A DNA stretch of 62,764 nt, the filler included, from Nemertoderma westbladi (Eukaryota; Animalia; Xenacoelomorpha), in NCBI GenBank assembly GCA_032718475.1. It is 3 parts of 3 records of this genome, joined end to end, with 100 filler letters (N's around TTAATTAATTAA, not from the genome) between each part and the next. Parts side by side here need not be neighbours in the genome. Positions count along the whole stretch, not along the records: positions 24,917 to 55,349 come from JAUCBJ010004258.1; positions 55,450 to 62,764 come from JAUCBJ010004608.1; 1 more part is not named here. One strand, 5' to 3'. Below, piece by piece: positions 54,189 through 62,764 of the stretch; position 1 is the stretch's first letter, and the number at the start of each line of letters is the position of its first letter. The notes beneath the pieces were generated by a model. It was not told the DNA's origin and ran no database searches. It saw only the letters and a program-made list of their open reading frames with translations. Made by a program: the position numbers and the translations under genes.

Positions 54189-54414
<226 letters not shown>

Positions 54415-54561
54415 TTTTTTCAAAGAAAACATTCGATGATCGGTTCTCGATGAGATATCATGAAATTACATTTAATTAGAAGACCATTAGGGCATACTAT
54501 GTTGAGAGGTCAAGTATATGTGCCGCTATAACTCTGTCAAACTACAGTTAGTTAGTTCTAT

Positions 54562-55349
54562 TCAGGATCCCGACTTATTATCTCGGGATCCCGACTTATA
54601 ATCTCGGGATCCCGACGTATTATATCAGGATTAATCAGGACTTATTATCTCGGATTCCCGACTTATTATCTCGGAATCCCGACTTATTATCTCGGGATCC
54701 CGACTTATTATCTCGGGATCCCGACTTATTATCTCGGGATCCCGACTTATTATCTCGGAATCCCGACTTATTATCTCGGGATCCCGACTTATTATCTCGG
54801 GATCCCGACTTATTATCTCGGGATCCCGACTTACTATCTCGGGATCCCGACGTATTATCTCAGGAATCCGACTTTTTATCTCGGAATCCCGACGTACTAT
54901 CTCGGGATCGCGACGTATTATATCAGGATCCCGACTTATTATCTCGGGATCCCGACTTATAATCTCGGGATCCCGACTTATTATCTTGGGATCCCGAGTT
55001 ATTATCTCGGAATCCCTACTTATTATCTCGGAATCCCGACTTATTATCTCGGGATCCCGACTTATTATCTCGGGATCCCGGCTTATTATCTCGGAATCCC
55101 GACTTATTATCTCGGAATCCCGACTTATTATCTCGGATTCCCGACTTATTATCTCGGAATCCCGACTTATTATCTCGGGATCCCGACTTATTATCTCGGA
55201 ATCCCGACTTATTATCTCGGGATCCCGACTTATTATCTCGGGATCCCGACTTATTATCTCGGGATCCCGACGTATTATCTCAGGAATCCGACTTTTTATC
55301 TCGGAATCCCGACTTACTATCTCGGGATCCCGACTTATTATCTCGGGAG
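54562..55349. repeat. 21-bp satellite array 3, ends at the gap
   Basis: Same variant order as the start of array 2. Confidence 0.97.
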
Positions 55350-55449
55350 NNNNNNNNNNNNNNNNNNNNNNNNNNNNNNNNNNNNNNNNNNNNTTAATTA
55401 ATTAANNNNNNNNNNNNNNNNNNNNNNNNNNNNNNNNNNNNNNNNNNNN
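55350..55449. other. Artificial contig spacer
   Basis: N44-TTAATTAATTAA-N44. Confidence 0.95.
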
Positions 55450-55955
55450 AAAGCCGTGTATCAGCAGGTATTATGCAGCAGTGACTACTGCAGTGCCGCA
55501 GTTAAAGGATATATGTCCTTATAATTAAACCTACTAGTGTTGAGCTAAAAAGCAGAAAGCACAAAACACTAAAAAGCCGTTCTTTCGTGGCTTTGGAAAA
55601 CTCGTGACTACTGCTCTGTACGAGGATACCAACTCCCTTATTCCACGAAGCTCCCGTTCAACACAGAGAAAGAGCAGTGAGATAGGAAAATTTCAGTTCA
55701 GTAGCGCTGTGATAGGTCAAAATCAAGGCTAACTCAAATTCTATTGGGAGATACAAAAAACAAGGCTATGACGCAACCTCCCTAGGCTTGGTGGCCGATT
55801 AAACAGAGCCCAGATGCCTGCGTACAGCAAATCAGCCAATAAGCTGGTAACTTGCACTATTTTTAGCTATAGATCACTTTGAGAGTATTCTTAGCGACTG
55901 GGGGGGAACTGGCCAACAAGGCAAACGAATCAGTTATCCCACAAAAGCTTTTACA
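55450..55955 (-). mobile_element. LTR fragment (copy C) of the BEL family seen at 12629 and 5328
   Basis: Minus strand starts TGTAAAAGCTTTTGTGGGATAACTGATTCGTTTGCCTTG, as at 12629. Confidence 0.85.
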
Positions 55956-56644
55956 GTTGGCCTATCATTTAAACCTATTTGGCGGCCCGGGGGGGGGGTC
56001 ATTTTATAAATCTTTTTGTAATTTATCTGTATCGTTGAGTCAGGTTTGTTGGGAAAACCGAACTTTTCCTAAAATTTAATGGGCTATCCATCAGAGCAAA
56101 CGCCAATTACATGGCTAGGTTAGTTTTCGTGCTTTGGTCCCTTTCGGGCACCCATCTCAAAAATTTTTCGTGAGAAAATTTTCAAACGTTTTTATGGCTC
56201 TCTAAAATTAATTTATTTGCGGTATATAGCAGTTATTTTGGATGCTGATCACGATTATAAAACTCAAGTATAACTTGCGAGAAAATATTTGGTAATTTTG
56301 AATGTGCCCTCCGGTGCACAAAAAAAACAAGTAGTGCAAATATGAGAATGAAAAATCACAACGAAATCAAATTAACGTTATGACCATATGGGTTTTTGGG
56401 ATGCTGATCATGAATATGACACTGAAATATATCGTACCTTGTAGATTAAGGCATTTTTGGATACATGTCAATGTCAAGTCAATGTGCGGCACGAAAAATA
56501 AAAGTAGCACAAATTTTATAATAAAAATCATTACCAAATCAACCTGATATTAAGTCATTATGGATTTTTAGGACGAATCACGAATATGAAATTATAACTT
56601 TTTGCTGGGCACAGATTTCCAAAGTGGGCATTGAAGCCCAGTTA

Positions 56645-56705
56645 AGATCAAACTGGGGACCACCGGGATGAAAGTCTGACGCTCTAACCGATTCAGCTAG
56701 CTGCT
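56645..56705 (-). pseudogene. tRNA-derived sequence (SINE head or pseudo-tRNA, Lys-like)
   Basis: TAGCTGAATCGGTTAGAGCGTCAGACTTTCAT...GGTCCCCAGTTTGATC: A-box, D arm and degenerate B-box; the stems are broken. Confidence 0.6.
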
Positions 56706-57602
56706 GAGGTAAAAGGTAGACCTGGAAATACTACCTGATACCTGATACATTGTACAGTATGTCCGCAATTTACATCTCGGATCCCGTCACACATGGCCTC
56801 CCATCATCTGTACCTGCTGTATCTGGTGCTCAACCCTACTGAGTACTTCGCGTCTTTAACCACTTGCGACAATGAAAGGGTAGTGTATATTAACCATGAA
56901 CCATCACGGCCACAAAGATTAATTACACACTCTAACTACTAATTTAGGCAGGACAGTTGCACCCATAGAGAAATGCGACCGGTATATTTTTATAAATGAT
57001 TAGTGGTGTTTTGGGTGAATTCGAGTAGTTTCATAATATTATAACTTTTTGTTGGGCACAGATTTGTAGTAGGGTTGATTACAATGGCTACAGATGATGG
57101 TATTGACAGGTGGGAGGCCATGATGAGGTAAATTGCGTGCAAATTAAAATGGTACTGTATGCTTATCACTGTTTGGCCCGGGCTATTTTACAACGTAATT
57201 GGCCCGGGGGGGGGGGTCATTTCAGAAATGTTTTAGATCTTGGCTCAAAAATTACAAATTTGATGGTAAAATAGTTTTCGAGGTCGCTGATCACGATACA
57301 ACTCGTTAAAAATCATTCGTGGTACAGTAACGCAACTACAGTATCATTTTTGGTGCTTGTCAGGTGGGACGAAAAATACAAGTAGCAAAAACTGTCAAAC
57401 GGCAAAAATCGAATTTGGTTCGATAATACGATATTTTTGACTGTCATTGACACTTATCCAAAAATGCCCTAATCTACAAGGTACCATATATTTCTGTGTC
57501 ATATTCGTGATCGGTATCCCAAAAAACCTATATAGTCATAAAATCAATTTGATCATTACTATTACTACTACATTATTACTGTATGTTTGCACTACTAGTT
57601 TT

Positions 57603-58400
57603 GTTCGGAAGCAGGACAATTAGGTCCGGACAATTCGGTCCCGGACAATTCGGTCCCATTAATTTTGTGTTTTGGGACCGAATTGTCCGGGACCAAATTT
57701 AATTGGTACTATATAATGGTGAATGTTCTAGAACCTTAATATATATTATTATATGGTGTAGCTTGTTTTTTTTAATAGCTAGTATTTTTTTGAAAATAAA
57801 AAATATTTTACTTTTTTTTGTTAACATTATTAGTTATGGTAGCTATGGTGTTTTTATGGAGCTTGTGAATTACTGTATTTACTACTGTAGCTAGTAATAG
57901 TATGTATTTAAAATGTTTAAAACTTATTTTTTTTTATATATTGCGTATGTTTAGGCCTTGCAGTATACTGTATGTGTTGTTGGTTGGTTAACAAGCCTAA
58001 ATTATTATCCTAGATAATAGCTGGATCTCATTCAAGGACTGTTATAATATCATCCATATTTTTGGTAAGTAATATAATCAGCAACAGTTTAGGTCTAATT
58101 CTGAAATATCAATGTTTTCACAAGTGTTTTTATAATTTCAAGGAAATGCTAGCTAGTAAAAAAAAACACTAGCTACACCTTAATAAATAATATATAATAA
58201 TGTTCTCGAACACTTACCAATAACAAAAATAAACAAAATACAGTATTTTTAAAATTTCAAAAAATTGTAGCAAGTAAATAACACTAGCTACCATAAAAAA
58301 TATCTCTACTAATGTTCTAGAACATTCACCAATATCAAAAAAGCACTAAAAAGTTGCTATCAGGAACCGGACAATTCGGTCCCGGACAATTCGGTCCTAG
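57603..58400. mobile_element. MITE/foldback with 15-bp subrepeats CCGGACAATTCGGTC
   Basis: Direct and inverted 15-mers; internal inverted pair TGGTGAATGTTCTAGAAC / GTTCTAGAACATTCACCA. Confidence 0.6.
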
Positions 58401-60060
58401 GACAGCTATGATAAACGCAAAGAAAATTTCATATATAAGAACGAAGCTACTTGAAGCAGGCAAGGACAGCAAACAAATCTGGAATGCTCTGAAACTCATC
58501 CAACCACCTACCAAGAGCAAGAATACAAGTAAAGGGAATCCAAACAGGATAAATGGACTACAAATAGAAAATGATGTTTGCTACAATGAAAGTCGCATTT
58601 CTGAGGAATTTAATAGATATTTCACCAGCATTGCAGATAACTTAGTGTCATCAATGCCACCTGCCACTGGGAAGTATGGAACACAATCAACTCAGGAATA
58701 CTACTGAAAATCTGGGTGTCTGCGAAAACGACCTTCAATTATCTACAGTTAGCATAGCAGATGTAACGAAAATTTTCGAAAACATAAATTCCAACAAAGC
58801 TACAGGCCCTGACGAGATTCCTCCAGGTGTTCTAAAAGATGCATTGGACGTTCTTGCTTCCACAGTAACCAACTTGGTGAACCTATCTACATCAACAGCT
58901 ACATTCCCAAACATATACAAAATGGCATTGGTTATCCCAGTGTATAAAAAAGGTATTACAACAGATTCGGGGAACTATAGTCCTATTTCTCTACTACTGT
59001 ACCAATAGTATCAAAAATTATCGAAAGGGTAGTCTATAACCAAATTATGGAATACTTGACAAGTAGAAACCTCATAAATAAGTGCAAATCGGGCTTCCGG
59101 CCAGGCTACTCCACCGAGACTGCACTAATGTTAACTGATGATTTCATAAGGACAGGTATCGATAATGGTAAACTCACGGCAATGGTCTTGATTGATTACA
59201 GAAAGGCGTTCGATACAGTAAACCACAGCATTCTAATTGACAAATTCAGAGCAATCGGAGCATCAAAATCTACCCAAGATTGGATCTCGTCATACCTTTC
59301 TGGACTGCCTCCTAAATTTGCTGATGACATTGGGCTGCTAAAATCAGGGGATAATATAAAGGATATAGGTATTGGTATTGGTATATATTGGTAAAGGTAT
59401 TGGAGTGGAGTGTGGAGAATAAACTTACTATAAATTTTGACAAGACAGAATGCATAATTTGGGTCACACCAGCGACTGTCCGCCCTGAATCTAGAACATG
59501 ACTTCACTTTAGATTGCCAGGGAAACACCATAACACGAAATACAACAGTGTCTTACTTGGGCTCAATTTTAAACAGCAACTTGAGTGGTGAAGAAATGGG
59601 CCTCCGGGCAGTTAGGAAGGGGAACACTAGACTTAAATTCTTATATCGAAATGGAGCAATCTTGGACTGACCTTTGTGTAGACTACTATATAATACAATA
59701 ATACAACCGCTTATGGATTATGCCACTGCTATCTTGTTTTTCTCGATAACACAGGCTACTCGGGTGCGTCTGGAAGCTTTGCAACGAAAATGCATACGGT
59801 TTTGCCTCAGGCTCGATCCTGGGGTTCATATCAACGCTTCGCATTTCATTGCAATAAACTGGATTCCTGTAAAAGAAAGAGTGGAGTCGGTGGTATTATC
59901 GCACATGTATCGTATAAGACACGGACTGTCACCCTCATACCTAGCTGATCTCATCCACTTCGAAGAAGGTTGCTATGGGCTACGGGGGTCTGCCGAAAGA
60001 GTCACGATTCCACGTCGAAACACTGTGACAGGTCAGTTTCGTTTCAGCTACATCCCTGTT
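58400..60060 (+). mobile_element. CR1/L2-group LINE RT region, degenerate and 5'-truncated
   Basis: FNRYFTSI, KATGPDEI, VIPVYKKG, NYSPISLL, SGFRPGYSTETAL, IDYRKAFDTVNH, FADD motifs, with frameshifts and a deletion. Confidence 0.9.
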
Positions 60061-61421
60061 AAAAATCCCTGCTACACATACTAAGTACTTGTAAAGTCTA
60101 CTTGCTATCTTCTTAACAAGTACTTGCCAAGATATGTAAAGTATATCACTTAATAAGCCAAATCTTTCTATGAATGTAAAGTTTTAATTAGGCACTTGGT
60201 AATTGTAAACAGTATGTCATGTAAATAGAAAGTAATTATAAATTTATCAATGCAAATTATAATATATAACTCAACCGTGAGATTGACCAATCACTGCACT
60301 GTGCATGTGTGTGTATGTTCTGTGTAGATGGGACTGGGGTGGGGGGGGGGGGGGGGGGGTACCTTATCCAATCCCTACACCCTACATTCTACAGGCCTAC
60401 ACCTACAATACCCTATACATTTAGAACAGGAAACAGCAGAGTATATATGAAAATATTTAATCCATAGTGATATGAGAGTATCCTTGATATATTTTGGTGA
60501 TGCCCACATATTCGTAAACGATTAGTTAGATTAATATAATTTATCTTATTTTCAGACAAAATAGAATATTCATATTGATAAATCTACGATAATTTATTAA
60601 CTTTAAGACCTTGTAATAGGTCATTTGACATTTTATATCTATTCAAAAATGTAAATCATACACAAAAGCAATTGAAGCATAAGAAAACTGTAAAATTAAA
60701 AAATAATGTTTTGCGATTAAAAAAATTTATCTTGTGATATTAATAGCCTGAACATTCCAACGCCCATATATCTGCTTTATCTCGGCAAAATTTAATGGTA
60801 TTTGGTTTAAACAAAACAAAATTTGTCGGCTTTCTTTCTTCATTATTTTCTTTTCTTATTTCTTTCTAACATAGCAGCTTTGGGTAATCAGAGGAATCAC
60901 TCATTAAATCACCAAAAATGAACGCAAAACTGAATAATGTAATAGGAATGCTAAATATTCGTTTGTTTTGGTTCATATTCAATTTCGATCCAGTTAGGAC
61001 GTTAAATTACCTAATGTCAATGTCCCAATTTGATATATTTACTAACAACGTCAGCATTTTTTACCTACTGTATATTAAACAATATTTCATAGATGTTCAG
61101 ATTCGCAGGAAAAAAGTACCAAATCATGAACGTTTGATTTCTTTCGTGGACGTCATGTGCTACCTGGGATAGCTGCATTCAGACCTGACAACTGGCAGGC
61201 CCCACCGAAACTACTGAACTGTTGTATGTAATACAGTGACATTGTTATGCCTAGACTCAGGCAAGTACAAGCTCGCCCAACAACTAACAGTACTGCCAGT
61301 AAGCCTATATCTGCAGTATATGCAATATATACTTTGCAGGAACATGGGCAAGTACCTGCAAAATATAAGTGAGCACAAGTAACACTTGCTATATTTATTA
61401 AAACTAAAGAAATAACTTACA

Positions 61422-62764
61422 CGTTCGTGGGGACTTCGCGCAGCACGAGGCCTAGTTATTATATACAAATTAAAATGCAGCGACTGTATCACAAAATCAG
61501 GTTTTGAGAAATTTACCCACACCACCAATCAATCAAAGAAAGGTGGACAGTACGTGTTCACCCCTTTTAATCTCCCCCCCCCCCCCCCCCCACCCTTCCC
61601 AACCACCAATACATAACCGCGACATCTACCACCCACGGAAGGGTAGCACGAACTTATTTCCAATCGCACGTTAAATATGCAAAGCCAGGTGGTTTATAGG
61701 AATATAATAAACGCAGTACTCGTTTTCATTATAAGCCTCTTTGCGTTCGTCCTGTTTTGTATTTAAATATATTTCTTAAACGCAAGCTAGGACGATCTTT
61801 ATAATAATAATAACTAGGGATGCGATCAATATGTGAAGCCAGGTGGTTTATATAATAATTTAGTCAACGCAGTACTCGTCTTCATTATATGCCTCGTTGC
61901 GCTCGTCGCTTGTCCTGTTTTGTCATAAAATATTTTTCCTAAACGCAGACTGACGATCTTTATACAGTTATAACTATGCGAAGTTTCGAAACTGTGCGAG
62001 TAACTGTTGATACATCTATGTGGAGATGTGTGATATGTGGAGATGTGTGATACAACGCCAACGCATCTTATGCCGATGTAGTAATATGGGTATTGAAATA
62101 ATATTAAATCAATGTACACTCTTAAAGCTGCAGCGAAAAAATGTAGCTAATTTCCTAGGTTACATATAACATAATAATATTATTTTTAAGAACATTAATT
62201 TTACTACTTTGCAAAAATTCAATTAAAAAATAACCAGACATATACATTGTGGAATAAACTATTTCAGAAGCCTACAACAGCCTATGCCATGGATTGTATT
62301 TATGTTATTATATCTGTCATTTAACTGAGATAGCAATAGTAATAGTCGAACGGTTATGCGGCCCGTCCAGCCTATAATAAACACAATTCAGTGATTGGGC
62401 TGGAATAGCAATACTGGTTGCCTCTATTACAATTCCTCTCAGGTTAGTCTACAGCCACAACTCCCAGCAGCTAGCTCCACACCAGCAGAGACTTGACCAA
62501 TAATGGGAAGGATTAAATTTGTACTCAATAATTGTGCGGTTTAATTACGTTTAGATCAATTAAAGACACATTTATTAAAGCAAATCACTTAAACTAATTA
62601 AAAACTATAATAGAATGGCGTATGGGGATTATATCTGTATAATTTTTAAGTATAATTATTTAAATCTTATACTGTAAAACAATTAATTTCCTTTAAAAGG
62701 CAGGTTGAAAATGGCGTTTTCACCGCAATCAACTTAATTAACTAATTAACTGCTATTATCTTAG
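61422..62764 (-). mobile_element. Second copy of the 316-1896 ACA/TGT element, runs off the window end
   Basis: ACA|CGTTCGTGGGGACTTCGCGCAGCACG start; colinear with 316-1682. Confidence 0.9.

Overview
AT-rich, repeat-dense animal (probably marine invertebrate) genomic DNA, not prokaryotic. It is made of three segments joined by two artificial 100-bp spacers (N44-TTAATTAATTAA-N44 at 24817-24916 and 55350-55449), so adjacency across those points is not biological evidence. Segment 1 holds six phase-compatible minus-strand exons of a MEGF10/11/CED-1-like multi-EGF gene. They are bracketed by two oppositely oriented copies of a BEL/Pao LTR retrotransposon with a ~3.4-kb non-coding leader, and the + copy is interrupted at the start of RT by a second, unrelated BEL/Pao element. 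Segment 2 has TIR elements, a decayed C2H2 zinc-finger array, an RTE LINE with a 104-bp target duplication, and a tandemly duplicated unit. That unit carries a putative GPI-anchored 10-Cys protein, a GTCY microsatellite and a palindromic 21-bp satellite. Segment 3 has LTR, LINE and tRNA-like remnants. The most notable signals are: (1) a non-autonomous element family with asymmetric ends and a 3-bp TGT/ACA direct repeat, whose joined ends form a recombination-site-like inverted repeat; (2) intronic minisatellites built from the gene's own exon-end and 5' splice site; (3) the orphan Ly6-like gene and its chimeric duplicate. All identities and copy numbers are by-eye estimates.
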